From contig JBHGNT010000004.1 of the NCBI GenBank assembly GCA_043228905.1, positions 8,618,001-8,682,000 on the forward strand: a stretch of 64,000 nucleotides of DNA, written 5' to 3'. How positions within the stretch are numbered: the first letter of the stretch is position 1; the number at the start of each line of letters is the position of its first letter. This document shows positions 1 to 11,691 of the stretch, one piece after another. This stretch comes from Azolla caroliniana (lineage: Eukaryota > Plantae > Polypodiophyta). Under the pieces are notes generated by a model, which searched no databases, was not told the origin of the DNA, and was given only the letters and a program-made list of their open reading frames with translations. A program made the position numbers and the translations under genes.

Positions 1-590
1 GAGTCGGAGCTCGTATCCTTATCTTTCCGACGCGCCTCCTCATCTAGCAAGCTCGACTTTACTCTTGCTAGGGATAACCACTTTCTTTCCAGCCCGGCGT
101 TGCCCAAAGTGACAACCAATGTCTCCCAGCTATCCGGGAGGGAACCGAGCAGGAGTAGCGCTAGTACCTCATCGGCGAGAGGTACTTCCAATGAAGTTGC
201 CTGGTGGATCAGCCCCTGGAAGGCATTCATGTGCTCCGCCATGCTGGAGCCATCTTGGTACCGGAGTCTTACTAGCTTCCGGAATACCGACACTTGATTA
301 ACAACATTTTTGTTCTGAAACATTATGCCGATCTTCTCCTAGAGCTCATGAGCCTTGCTCTCTTCATTGAAGTTGTTGTATAGGCTCATGTCGATGAAGC
401 ACCGTATGTACGCCGTTGTCTTCATGTGCATCACCTCCCATATTGTGGCGTTGATCTTGTCCGGTCTCTTGTCCCCGAACTGAACCGGTAGCCAAAGATC
501 TTTAACCACGAGCATGTCCCTCATCTTCGACTTCCACACTGAATAGTTGGAGCCGGTGAGCTTGAACATGCCGCCAAACGATTCGTCCAT
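1..590 (-). pseudogene. Copia gag N-terminus with a premature stop at 339-341
   Basis: ATG at 590; KLTGSNYSVW and LLGSLPDSWE gag motifs lie in one frame on either side of a TAG. Confidence 0.85.
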
Positions 591-1084
591 TTTCTGTGTC
601 GATTTTGCTCTGATACCACTTGACGGGAACTCAACGCTCCTAATGCACAACGCTCGGCCACAACCGAGCTTAGAATGATACACAGAAAAACGGGAAATAA
701 AAACATGACAAGAAGAAGAAGAGAATACACAGGAGGTTTACGTGGAAAACCCCAAACTAGGGGAAAAACCACGGCAGCCCACAGGCTGCAAACTGTCACT
801 ATGTAGGAATATACAACAGTGAGTTCACTGAGGCACCGACCTCGTCTCACAAATCTTCGCCACAGGCGGCGGTTATAACAGAGGCAACGACCTCTTTCTC
901 TCTCTCTCTCTCTCTCTCTGTACAGTTATGCACACTAATCTCGTGCAAAACAGAAAATGACAACAACAACTAAAAGTTTGCCCTAAGTCATATTTATACT
1001 AATATGACTTTCCGGCTATTTACAAATATAGCCTCGATGGGCTCTTAGAAACATATTTACGAATATGTCTCTTCCTCCGGTTCT

Positions 1085-1340
1085 CACCGGGTCTGCACCA
1101 TCCGGCTCTCCGTAGCCGGGTACTCCTCATCCGGTTCACACCGGGTCTGTATCATCCGGTTCTCTGTAGCCGGGTACTCCTCATCCGGTTCACACCGGGT
1201 CTGTATCATTCGGCTCTCCGTAGCCGGGTACTCCTCATCCGGTTTCGGCCTCGGCCTATTGGCCTCGGCTGAGTTTGTTCATCGGCACTGTACCATCCGG
1301 CTCTCCGTAGCCGGGTACTCCTCATCCGGTTTCGGCCGAG
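1085..1340. repeat. ~53-bp CCGG-rich tandem repeats in the U3 part of the copia LTR
   Basis: Unit caccgggtctgyaycatccggytctcygtagccgggtactcctcatccggttca, 3 copies plus a variant fourth. Confidence 0.85.
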
Positions 1341-1502
1341 GCCGACAGGGACCTGTCTTCTCCCTTCCCATCCGGAGGGACCTGTCTCCCAACACATCCG
1401 GTCATTCGCCGCTTCCTCCAATAGCCTGGAACTTTCCGCTCGTTCTTCGGCGAGTGCCGTTGTGGCCCTATCAACCTCTTGCCGGAGCTCGGCCATCCGT
1501 TC

Positions 1503-3665
1503 CTATTGTTGTTGATGCTCCGTCTCCAGGTGCTTGTAGTCCCGATGTAGATGATCAAAATCATCGGTCTTCTGCTTTAGCCTTTGGTTGATCTGACGGT
1601 GCGCGCAGTCCTCCCGGTCCTTCTTTTGCCGGAGCTCTTCCTTCAGCCGCTCGATTTCCGTTTCCGCCATCCGCCGCAGCTTGTCTTTTTCCTGTTGCAC
1701 TTTCTCTTTTTCCTCCTTCAGCCGGTCATAAGCATGATGTCCTTTACGTAGGTTTTCCTCTGCACGGCGAAGGTTCTCAGCAGTCTTTCTTAATTCTTCT
1801 TCGGCCACCTTCTTCAAGTTGCGTTCGTGGCTCCGTAATGCTTCTTGTGCGGCAATCTCATCTTGTAATTTCGCAAGCTCTTGGGCTTGCGCCGCATGTT
1901 TCTCCGGGACAGTTTGTGTCTCCGGGGTCTTATTCTTCTGTACATCAACTGGAGTCACCAGTGCTTGGATCTGCGTTGCGGTTAAGGCCATTTTGGCCAT
2001 ATCTCCAGTGATCCGATCCAAGTCTTGGTCGAGGCACCGGATCCTTGACCGGGCCGTCTCCAGTTCATCGGTTATGACTAGCAACTGTTCCGTTTGCGCT
2101 CTTTCCTCCGCCTCTATGCATCCGACTACTCCGACAATTTGGTCTCCTATCCACCGGAGCCATTGGCTGCCGGTGCACTGTTGTTGCGCATGCACGGAGA
2201 GTTGGCTAATGGGTTCACTCGCCGGTGGCTGGTCCCACCGTTCTGCGTCAAGCTGCGCTTCTGGTTTTGCCAGCTGACCACTTTGCCGTTCCGGCTCTGA
2301 GTGTGTTTCGGCTAGTCGCCCCTTGTCTGCTTGTTCTTGGTCGGCTAGGGTGGTTGGCCTTTGTATCTCCGGCTCTTGGGTGACGGGGCTTGCCGGTGCT
2401 GCCTGTTGTGCCGGGACTTTTGTGATCGGTTCCATCCAAACCGGTTCCGGTGCCTCCCTTGGCGTGGGTTGCTTAGCGTGAGTTGTGGGCATTCCATCCT
2501 TCTGTGGGTCCAAACGCTTCTTGCCTGATTCAGCGGTGCTCTTCATCGGCCGCCGCTGGAGGTGCTCCGTGGGTTCTTCCTCCATTTCTTCCGCCTGAGT
2601 CCCGGCATTCATTCTTGCCGCCAGGGTGTCCGTTTCCTGTTGCACCGGTCGGTGGAGTGGGCTCTTCAAGGGCCGTGCCGGTGTCTCCTCACTTGCATCC
2701 ATCGGCCACTTCCGGCTGGCGCGCTCCTTCATCGCCTTCTCTGCTTCGGCAGTCTTCCCCTTAGTAGCCTTGGAGGCCAACAGTTGTTGCCATTTCGAAG
2801 CAGGTTTCGGGGTGCCGTTTGTTGCTCTTCCCCACTTCTTGGTTTGGACGGGCTCGACCGGTGGCGCCAACAAGGTGAGCCATTGTGTCACCGCATGCCA
2901 TATTTTCCGGCCTTCCTTGCCATCCTTTCCTCTTACTATATCAATGGCCGTACACAGCCCGTCGGCGATCAGCACCAACCAATCTACCTTGACCCCTTCG
3001 TACGTTGCGATAATCAAGCCCGCTCGGTTCTGAGGCATGACGGGGGGTCGAGGGTACACGTGGCCGAACTCGTGGAGCACACGGGCAATTTCACGGAATA
3101 ACATATCTTCGCCGCCCTGTGTCCTGTAGCCCTTGCTGGCTAGTGAGTACTCACCGAAATATTTGATGAGTTGCTCGGAGGTAGGATTGTCGATCGTGTA
3201 GATACCTCCCTCCGGAAGGCCTATTAATGCACGGATCGCTTCCTCCGTGATCACCTCTGTGTCGATTTCTTTTATAATCTTTTCGGCCTCCTTGTGTGGC
3301 GCCGCCTCCATGATCGTTAAGAAACCCTCCAGACCGTGTTGTCGTAACCATTTCTTGGCGGTTTCAGACAACGTTTGGCAGTCCATCTCTGCGTCGAGGT
3401 CGGAGAGCGTTGGCGAGGTTTGGTGGTGGGGAGAGTGTGAGAGAGAAAGTTCTAAGGGAGGGGGTTCTCTGTGTGCGAGCTCTCTACAATTGATCTTCGC
3501 GCGTCGCTCCGCGTCTGTTCTCCTTGGTTCGCGATAGGAGAAGGTCTCGATGCGTGGGGGTTTTTCTCTGTGCATCTTGACGCCTTTTTCGAGCCTCCGC
3601 ATGTGCAGGTCGTGTACTATAATAGCATTGTGTGCCATGTGGCGATGGTTTAATGTCCTATTCAT
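1503..3665 (-). CDS. Extra sense ORF downstream of integrase (720 aa): globular N-terminal region, P/Q/E-rich linker, long C-terminal coiled coil; function unknown
   Basis: Long open frame; the TAG at 1503-1505 is followed in frame by more coiled-coil sequence (MAELRQEVDRA...) up to the copia junction at 1395. Confidence 0.7.
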   Translation of the reverse strand: MNRTLNHRHMAHNAIIVHDLHMRRLEKGVKMHREKPPRIETFSYREPRRTDAERRAKINCRELAHREPPPLELSLSHSPHHQTSPTLSDLDAEMDCQTLSETAKKWLRQHGLEGFLTIMEAAPHKEAEKIIKEIDTEVITEEAIRALIGLPEGGIYTIDNPTSEQLIKYFGEYSLASKGYRTQGGEDMLFREIARVLHEFGHVYPRPPVMPQNRAGLIIATYEGVKVDWLVLIADGLCTAIDIVRGKDGKEGRKIWHAVTQWLTLLAPPVEPVQTKKWGRATNGTPKPASKWQQLLASKATKGKTAEAEKAMKERASRKWPMDASEETPARPLKSPLHRPVQQETDTLAARMNAGTQAEEMEEEPTEHLQRRPMKSTAESGKKRLDPQKDGMPTTHAKQPTPREAPEPVWMEPITKVPAQQAAPASPVTQEPEIQRPTTLADQEQADKGRLAETHSEPERQSGQLAKPEAQLDAERWDQPPASEPISQLSVHAQQQCTGSQWLRWIGDQIVGVVGCIEAEERAQTEQLLVITDELETARSRIRCLDQDLDRITGDMAKMALTATQIQALVTPVDVQKNKTPETQTVPEKHAAQAQELAKLQDEIAAQEALRSHERNLKKVAEEELRKTAENLRRAEENLRKGHHAYDRLKEEKEKVQQEKDKLRRMAETEIERLKEELRQKKDREDCAHRQINQRLKQKTDDFDHLHRDYKHLETEHQQQ

Positions 3666-3822
3666 AACTCCTCGTACCTTTTCGACATGCCTCTTTACTC
3701 CTCGTGTGCATGGCTGTTTCCACCACTCCTTTCCATGATTTATTTGATTTGCTCCTTTTTTTTATTTTTCATTTATTTATTTATTTATTTATTTTATTTA
3801 TTTTTTTAACTTACTTGTGTGG

Positions 3823-5133
3823 TTAGTTTTTCTCCGGTCTTGTTGGAGCTTTGCCCAAAGTGTGCAACTTGCCGGCCTCTTGACAGTTTGCTGCCGTTCT
3901 GCTCTCCTCGGTTGCCCGCTCATACTCCTCCTTATTGGCTTGGTGGTAGCCGTCGTCTTCACCGGTTGCCGTTATGGTTGGTCTGCCGGCGTCTGATTCG
4001 GTGGCGGCCTTTCGTTCAAATGGGTTATTAGGCATAGGTCCTTTGTATGGTTTTAGTCTAAATCCGTTGACCCATTTGCCCAACACTTCTCCGGCAAGTG
4101 TCCCCAACTGGTAGGACCCATTGAACTCACGTGTGATCCAGTATGGTCCGGTCCATCTAAACCGTAGTTTACCTGGCATTTTGCCCATCCAGGTCTAGAA
4201 CACGAGTCCCGGCTTGCCGGTCCCGAACATCTTTTCGTTTCCCTTCCGATGCCGATCTACAAATGCTTTCCATCTCCGTTGTTCCAATTCCAGGTGCATA
4301 ATGCTCACCAGTCAGTGTTCTTCCAGTTCGCACAGAGCCTTTAACCGAATTGCCTCCGATTCCTTTTCGTTCAATTGTTCCCGAATCTGAATCCGTAAGC
4401 TTGGTACCTGGAACTCGACTGGCATGACTGCCTCCAATCCGAATGCTAACCGGAACGGTGTTGTTCGGATGCTTGTTTTGTACGCTGTCCGGTAAGCCCA
4501 GAGCGCACTGTGCAGCTTTGTGTCCCAATCTGTCTGATTTTCATAGACGATCTTCCTGAGGATATTCTGGAGCGTTTTGTTCGTCTACTCAGCTAACCCA
4601 TTTGCTTGCGGATAGTACGGTGTGCTTCGTTTATGTACTACCGCATAGAACGTCGTCAAACTTTCTACCATCTGTCCAAGAAAGTGCCCTCCTTGGTCGC
4701 TTATCACCTCTATGGGGCATCCGAACCGGTAACAAATGCATTCGTATAAGAATTTCGTTGTTGACGCCGCGGTGTTGTCTCGTAGGGCTTTCTCTTCCAC
4801 CTACTTAGTGCAGTAATCCATTGCGACCGTCACGTACCGATTGCCAGTTCTCATTGCCGGTGGTTTAAATGGCCCGACGAAATCCAACCCCCATTTCTGG
4901 AATGGTTCTAGTGGTAGGACTGGCTGGTGTGGCATCCGAGCTTGTTCCGTTGGTTGACCCATTCGTTGGCATATATCACACTCCTTGGCATACCAAACTG
5001 CATCCTTCAATGTGGTCGGCCACCATAGGCCACTTTGCCATACTTTCCTTGTCGTCGCATCTCCGGCATAATGGCCTCCGACGACTCTGCAGTGTGCCTC
5101 CCGTAGTATTACCTCCTTCTCGTCACTGCGCAC
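3823..5133 (-). pseudogene. Gypsy integrase (HHCC zinc finger, DDE core, GPY/F motif) with stops and frameshifts
   Basis: EAHCRVVGGHY...CDICQ; WGLDFVGP; ISDQGGHF; TPYYPQANGLAE; KLRFRWTGPY. Confidence 0.9.
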
Positions 5134-5142
5134 CGCTCGTCG

Positions 5143-6801
5143 CTAGATACCGTCCGCACCTTTGTGGTATAGCGTGTCCTGTAATAAACAGAAGTGTCGG
5201 CTCTGTACAGCCAGGCGTTTTCTCTCGTCCCGGTTCATCTCCTCTGGAGGCAATCCGGTACTCAGAAACTGGTGCATATTAGTTAGCCACTTATCTTCTT
5301 GTGCCACCGTTTCATCTGTTGCTGTTTCCGTGGTGACTCGAAAAAACTCTGCATCCGGAAACTCGTCCGGTACTCCGTTACCTGTCTCCCCGGAATCTAA
5401 CCGGCTTAGATAATCTGCTACCGGATGTTGTATGCCGGGTCGGTGGAATATCTCGAATTCGAACTCTTGCAACAACAAAGTCCACCGGGCCAACTTACCG
5501 GTAAGTGACGCTTTGGATACTAGGTAGAGGAGCGCCGAATGATCTACATGGAAGGAGAACTTTCTTCCCAATAAATAATGCCTGAATTTTGTTACACTGT
5601 AGATCATTCCTAAAGCTTCCCATTCCATGGTAGAATAATTTCGTTCTGCTTGGGATAGCTTCCGGCTGGCATAGTACACTGGCCGATACCACCTTGGCTC
5701 GGTAAGCTGCATGAGCGCACTGCCGATTGCGATATCGGAAGCGTCCACGAACACATGAAACTCTTTACTCCAATCCGGAGGCTGCACTACCGGTGCTTGT
5801 GACAATAACAACTTTAGTGCCCGGTATGCCTTGTCTTCGATGTCGGTCCATTGGAACGGTGTTCGGTGTACTACCGCATGCAGAGGTGTAGCCAGGTCTG
5901 CCAAATATCGGAGCATACGGCTATTCCAGCGGATTTGTCCTAGGAAACGGCTCAATGTCTTTGCCGTTGCCGTTGCCGTTGCTTCCCGGATTGCTTTCAC
6001 TTTGTCTGGATCTACAGCAATGCCTTCCTTGCTCACTATATGCCCTAGTAACGTTCCGCTGGACCCTCCAAATACACACTTCGCCGGGTTTAGGCTTAGC
6101 CGGTACGCCCTACACTTCTCTAGACATAGTCTGAGATGCTGCAAATGATCTTCTTCTCTGCTATAGACGGCGAAGTCGTCAAGGAACACCTGCATAAAAG
6201 CCGGTATGTATTCGCCAAAGATCTCCATGATGATCCGTTGGAATGTTGCTGGTGCCGTTTTCAGCCCGAACATCATCACCACCGCAATAAACACTCCCCA
6301 TTTGGTGACGAAAGCCCTTTTCTCTTGATCCTCCGGTTGCATCCGGATCTGATTATACCCGTTGAATCCGTCTAAGAAACTGTAGACTTCATGGCCGGCG
6401 ACGGCATCCAACACTTCATCCGTAAACGGAAGTGGAAATGCATCCATTACCGTTGCCGCATTCAGCTTCCGGTAGTCGACACAAACTCTAATTTTTCTGT
6501 TCTTTTTCGGTACGACTACGATCGGGCTCAGCCATGTAGATTTCTTTACGGGACGGATGAAGCCGACCCTCAGTAGTTTGTCGATCTCCTCCTTGACTTT
6601 GGTGGCGTAGTTTGGGTTCATCCGGTACCGACGCTGTGCTACCGGCTTGGCATCTTTGCTCAGATGTATCTGGTGCTGACACAAGTGAGGATCCAAGCCT
6701 CTCATATCCTCGTACGACCAGGCAAAGACGTCGCGAAACTCGTTGAGTGTAATTATCGCTGTTTTGTTCTCTACATTCATTTCTTTGGCTGGTGCTGACA
6801 C
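5143..6801 (-). pseudogene. Gypsy reverse transcriptase and RNase H (552-aa open segment of a disrupted pol)
   Basis: SPIVVVPKK, RVCVDYRKLN, FLDGFNGYNQI, MFGLKTAPATFQR, VFLDDF, FVDASD, YYASRKLSQAERNY. Confidence 0.93.
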
Positions 6802-7183
6802 AACTGAGGATCCAGGCCTCTCATATCCTCGTACGACCAGGCAAAGACGTCACGAAACTCGTTGAGTGTAATTATCGTTGTTTTGTTCTCTACATTCATT
6901 TCTTTGGCGATGTGCACCGGTTTTGCCTCCTCCCGTTCCTAGATTTACCTCTTCTAATTGGGACGTTTCTACGCGCTGTGATACGGCCATTTCCCTTTCC
7001 AACGCCTCCTGGGCATGCCGTAACTCCCAGATTGCTTCTTTATCCGGTTCCGCTTCGGTTCCGTCCGGTTGCAGTAAGTAGGGTGATACCGCTTCCGCAA
7101 CGTCAATTTCAGATAGGGGTACAATCTTCGGGTTCTCCAGCAAGTACTGCTCTTCTTCTTCATCCGCTAATCCTTCCAGCATA

Positions 7184-7875
7184 TTGACACACTCCGCATA
7201 TTACAGTGTCAGATCCTTGCCGGTGCCCTTCCTTGGTTGTGTTGGTACCCGTACCTTTGCTTTTACCCGTCGGAACGTAATCATATTCCTCCTCCAGTTC
7301 TACTTGATATGTGTCGTCTTTAACCAAGGGCGTCCCAACAATAATGGGTACGCTCCTTCAGCCTGCAACTGGAGAACTACGGCTGAGATTCGGAATGTGT
7401 GGCCCCCGATGGTTACTTCCAAGTTCCGTATTAAACCTGTCGGTTGCACCGAGCTTGTGTCCGCCATTCAGAGCTAGAACGGACATGGCTCCCACTCTTT
7501 GATTCCAAGAGCATCGCACGTCCGGAGGCTTATTACATTAACACCGGAGCCTCCAACTATTATCTTTCCGGGGAGTTCTTTCCCTTTCACAATGGCCGTA
7601 ATTGTTGGACTGCTGGTGTCCACCACCGTCGGTCCCTCCTCCAGATTTGAGAAGAATGCCGGAGCCGGTGGTGTTCCGCTTGTCGTCATGCCTTCCTTGA
7701 GTCCTTCTGTGAATCTTGGTACTAGCTGCAAGAGTCGTCCTAACGGCAGCGTGATCTGGCATTCCTGCAATACTTGCCATGTCGCGTTTTCGGACTGACT
7801 GCCGCCGGCGAGCTCTTCGGTGTTCTCCTTGTGTTGCGCGAGTTCTACTACGTTTCGCTCATTGGCCTTTTTCAC
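7184..7875 (-). pseudogene. Gypsy aspartic protease region, degenerate
   Basis: KIIVGGSGVNVIS (degenerate D-G-G-S motif) and a downstream LLGRPWL motif. Confidence 0.75.
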
Positions 7876-7953
7876 CCATTCCGTTGCCTGTTTCCGAATG
7901 GCCTCTTGTGTCTCCCATTCCGTAGTCTTCCCCTGCGACCTTGTGGTGACCTA

Positions 7954-10185
7954 CTAGAGGTCTGCAACTTCGGCGACTACCATGTTTACTGCCGGTCGCT
8001 TATCATAGCTCTTTGGCGGACATTGATTACTATAATGTCCTTCTTGCCGGCAGTAATAGCAATATGCTTTCCGGGTGTTGCTGAATTCGGCATTGTTTTG
8101 TGTACCCGATGGAGGACTTGTGGTAACCGCGGGGCTCTGGTCTGGTTGACTACTTGAGGCGCCTTTTTCCAATTCACGTGGGTGGCTCCCGTTTTTGAAA
8201 TGCCGTTTTTTATTAAAGTTCTTTTTGTTGCGGTACCCTTGCCGGGGTTGGTTGTCATACCTCCCATAATCTTCCCGTCATTGGTGATACCCGGGGGAGT
8301 GATCCCGGTTGTGATGCTCGTACCGTCCATTGTAATCTCGGTACTTGTCGTATCTCTTGTACCGGTCGTAGTTGTCTCGCCGATTGTCGTACCAGACATC
8401 TTGTGTCGGTCGATATCGCTCCTCTCGTCGCCAACGTTCTTCTTCTTCGTCTCGACTGCTACGTGGCTCGATTTGCCGGACTGGTGGAGCTTGCCGATTC
8501 AATAAGTTATATTCGCACTAGTCCATCGTGTGGCTCGTAGATTGGCAGAGTCAGCAATGCGTCCGCATGGTGCACTCCAGTGACGAGTGTCCGGAATTTA
8601 AGCAGGTCATGCATTGGATTGCTTGCCGGAAACAGAGATCCTCATCGGTTGGTAATGCTCGTTGGAGGGCTCCCATTGTTAGCCAAGAGCTCGTATTTTC
8701 CATTTCTCTAACCCGGTCGATGACCTGGTCGACGGTGCTTGTGCGAAAGTCGATGACCGTGCATACCGTTCGTAGAGGTTCCCGGAGCGCGGCTAAAAAT
8801 ATAGCCCATGTTTCTTCCTCCAAAGGTGCGCAGGTAAGCTGACTGTGCATCCATTGAAACCGGATGACAAACTGTGGGATGCTCTTGCCGGGCTCCTGCT
8901 GAATTGTATAAAATAAGCCCACCATTTCTCGCTGATCCACCTCCTTCTGGAAGAAGTGCAAGAATTTGTCTTTCAGGTCCGCAAAGGTGGTGATGGTGCT
9001 GCGAGCCGGCGTCCAGTGCCATCTGGCGGCCGGTCCTTCTAATGTCACGCCGAATTCGGCTATCTTAGATCGTTCCTCTTCTGCCGCGGTTAACCATTGT
9101 GACACATGGTTTGCTTCCGCATGGTGCACTCCAGTGACGAGTGTCCGAAATTCAAGCAGTTCGTGCATTGGATTGCTTGCTGGAACTGGAGATCCTCATC
9201 GGTTGGTAATGCTCGTTGGAGGGCTCCCATTGTTATCCACGAGCTCGTTTTCTCCATTTCTCTAACCTGGTCGATGACTTGGTCGACGGTGCTTGTGCGA
9301 AAGTCGATGACCGTGCATACTGTTTGTAGAGGTTCCCGGAGAGCGGCTAAAAATATAGCCCGTGTTTCTTCCTTCGGAGGTCGGCGGGTAAGCTGACTGT
9401 GCATCCGTTGAAACTGGATGACAAACTGCGGAATGCTCTCCCCGGGGTCCTGCCGGATTGTATAAAATAGGCCCACCATTTCTCTTTGGTCCACCTCCTT
9501 CTGAAAGAAATGCAAGAATTTATCTTTCAGGTCCACGAAGGTGGTGATGGTGTTGCGATCCTACGTCCGGTCCTTCCAATGTGACGCCGAATTCGGCTAT
9601 CTTAGATCGTTCCTCTTCGGCCGCGGTTAACCGTTGTGACACATGGTTTTCTTCCCATGTTTGTTGAAACGCGTGAACATGAGCCTCCGCGTCCGGGTCA
9701 TCCCGATACTTGGAGTATTGGAATGGCATGTCGTCGTCCGGTGTCGGTACGCGGGCTGGTGGTGTCGGTGGTCTTTCCTGCTGTTCCGTTGGCATCTGAG
9801 GTCTTAGCCGGTCTTCCTTTGGTGTTGCCGGCTCGAGTTCCGGTGTTGGAAGTTTTTTCCGGTGTACTTCCGTCTCCGGAGGTTGCTCCACGATGAGTGC
9901 CGGAGGTTCTCGGTCTGCCAACTCTGGTTCCGGTGTCGGTAAAGTATCCGACTCCTCGTCCTCCGGTCCTCCTGGGGTGTCATTCCTGCTGCGATAGTTC
10001 GTATGCGCATTGTAACCCCATTCCGAATCCGATTCCAACGCTGAAAATGCTTTGGATTCGCCGTCTCTTCCGGCCAAGGCCTGGAGAAGGGTTTCCGCTT
10101 CCCGGAGGCTGCTTAAGCTACTTCCTTCGTCCGGGTAGGCGTTTTGTTGCAGACGGAGCGACTCCTCCGTCACTTTCCGGATCAC
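7954..10185 (-). pseudogene. Gypsy gag with CCHC zinc knuckle and an internal ~554-bp tandem duplication
   Basis: CYYCRQEGHYSNQC; DPDAEAHVHAF...TLEGPAARW...F..LKDKFL capsid motifs; 8562-9115 repeated at 9116-9656. Confidence 0.85.
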
Positions 10186-10346
10186 TTTGGAAAATGATCG
10201 ATCCGTTCGGATTTCTTCCGCTGCTTGCTGGAAAGCCTCTCGACGCCGTCTCCGTTCAGCAAGTCTTCATGCTCTCTCCGTAACCGGGTCGTCTGTTGGC
10301 CTAGTCATCCATTCCTGCCGTTGTTCACTACGATAATGCAGGAATC

Positions 10347-10356
10347 GTGGTCGCCA
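10347..10356 (-). promoter_or_regulatory. Primer binding site, probably tRNA-Arg
   Basis: TGGCGACCAC 5 nt after the LTR end; matches the 3' end of plant tRNA-Arg(TCG) as recalled, not checked. Confidence 0.65.
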
Positions 10357-10799
10357 CAAACTGTGTTATTGCTAGGGCCGGACAACAGCCTAACACAGGG
10401 TGTCCACTTAAGACACATCACCAAAGGGTGGTATGGTAGAATGACTTATGGCACAACGCTTACTTACACCTTAATCGATTACTTAGCCATCCGTAATTAA
10501 CACGCGTAAGATACAACAATGAATACAGAATGGTAATCAACACTGGAAGATTAAGACAATAAGCTTTATTAATTATCCGCTCCTGATTACATTGTAACCG
10601 GGCCTTTATATAGGTCTCCGGTGCGAAATACAAAACGGTGCCAACCGGCACCTTTACGGAATCGTTCCGGATCCGGATCGGCATACCGATTGCAGTCCGT
10701 CCATCCACATCTTCTTATATAATAATATGTATATATTAAGACTACTAATTACAACAGTTCCCGAATAACTATTCCTTTCACACTCTGGTTTGGACCTCC

Positions 10800-10959
10800 T
10801 TAAGCCTTCTTGCCGGCCGATAACATCGAGCGGAGTCAGAGTCAAAGTTGTCTCGGGTGCGTACCAAGATGCAGACTTGTCAAAAACGACGTCTCGACTT
10901 ACTCGAGATTTTCGAGTCAGGGGTTGTAGCATTTGTACCCCTTTTGCTCCAATGAGTAT
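10800..10959 (-). pseudogene. Copia integrase C-terminal fragment (host of the 10960-22697 element; continues at 22698)
   Basis: RVSRDVVFDKSASWY; removing the insertion restores KCILIGY|SLEQKG. Confidence 0.8.
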
Positions 10960-11691
10960 TGTGAAAGTGTTTTTAGAATTCAAGGTATTGAAGTCTACAA
11001 AAATATAAGGTATGGAGCATTCACACCCGAAGGCCAAGAACACGAGCTAAGGTTTCAAGTATAAGTCAAACAAAAAGCAAGTCACGTGGAGAAAAGTAAA
11101 AGAAGAAAAAAGCGGGCACCAAAATGTAGTCTACAACGAACGCTCATAACTCATTCGTTTGGAAGCCAAATATAATGTGTAAATATGGGTTGGAAAGCTT
11201 GACGAGAGTTATTCATAGGTTTTTAAAGCTCTAAATTTAGAGCTTCGACGAGGGAGATATGACGATTTGAAGATTGTTGTGTCATAGCTAAGAATAGGAG
11301 ATGGAAAAGCTCTAAAAAAAGCGTGGAAAAGAAAGCAAGCGAAACTTATCTACTAGAGGAGAACTTCATATAAAGCAAGAAGAGTGAGGTGGTGAGGAGG
11401 GCTTTTTTCTTGTGATGTTTTCTTGCCTATTCACATAGTGTTGGTTGAGTTGTTATCAATTCATCCTTGTAGGCTTGAGTTTATGTATCTTCTTTCTCTT
11501 GTTTCTATGATCATCACTCCTTATTAATATATCTTTGTAGATTTGGGTTTCTATATCTTCCTTCTCTCTCTTTTCTATCATCATCTCTCTTTTCATTTTG
11601 GCGCCCCAGGGAGGGTCGATCCTTTCTGTATAACGGGAGGAACGGTTGTCCACTAATTGATGGTTGTATCTACCGATTCATCATCAAACTA

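Larger units (their letters stand above)
1..1394 (-). mobile_element. 5' part of a Ty1/copia element (5' LTR, PBS, gag); continues off the left edge; inserted into the extra ORF of the gypsy element to its right
   Basis: LTR 621-1394 (TGTTGGGAGACAGG...GTCA on minus); tRNA-iMet PBS TGGTATCAGAGC at 607-618; copia gag MDESFGGMFKLTGSNYSVWKSKM...LLLGSLPDSWETLVVTL; LTR similar to those at 25096 and 59326. Confidence 0.9.
1395..10709 (-). mobile_element. Degenerate non-chromovirus (Athila/Tat-type) Ty3/gypsy element: 5' LTR, PBS, gag, PR, RT-RH, INT, extra 3' ORF; 3' end displaced by the copia insertion
   Basis: Domain order gag(CCHC)-PR-RT-RH-INT; LTR 10362-10709 with TGTG...CACA ends; PBS TGGCGACCAC at 10347-10356. 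Confidence 0.9.

Noticed and set aside
521-850. Hydrophobic env-like or membrane ORF
   Set aside because: Translation of T-rich LTR U5 sequence with a non-ATG start and no domain motifs.
1206-1496. Independent 96-aa gene with repeated RNRMRSTRLRRA
   Set aside because: Chimera of the gypsy extra-ORF tail and the copia LTR repeats across the junction at 1394/1395.
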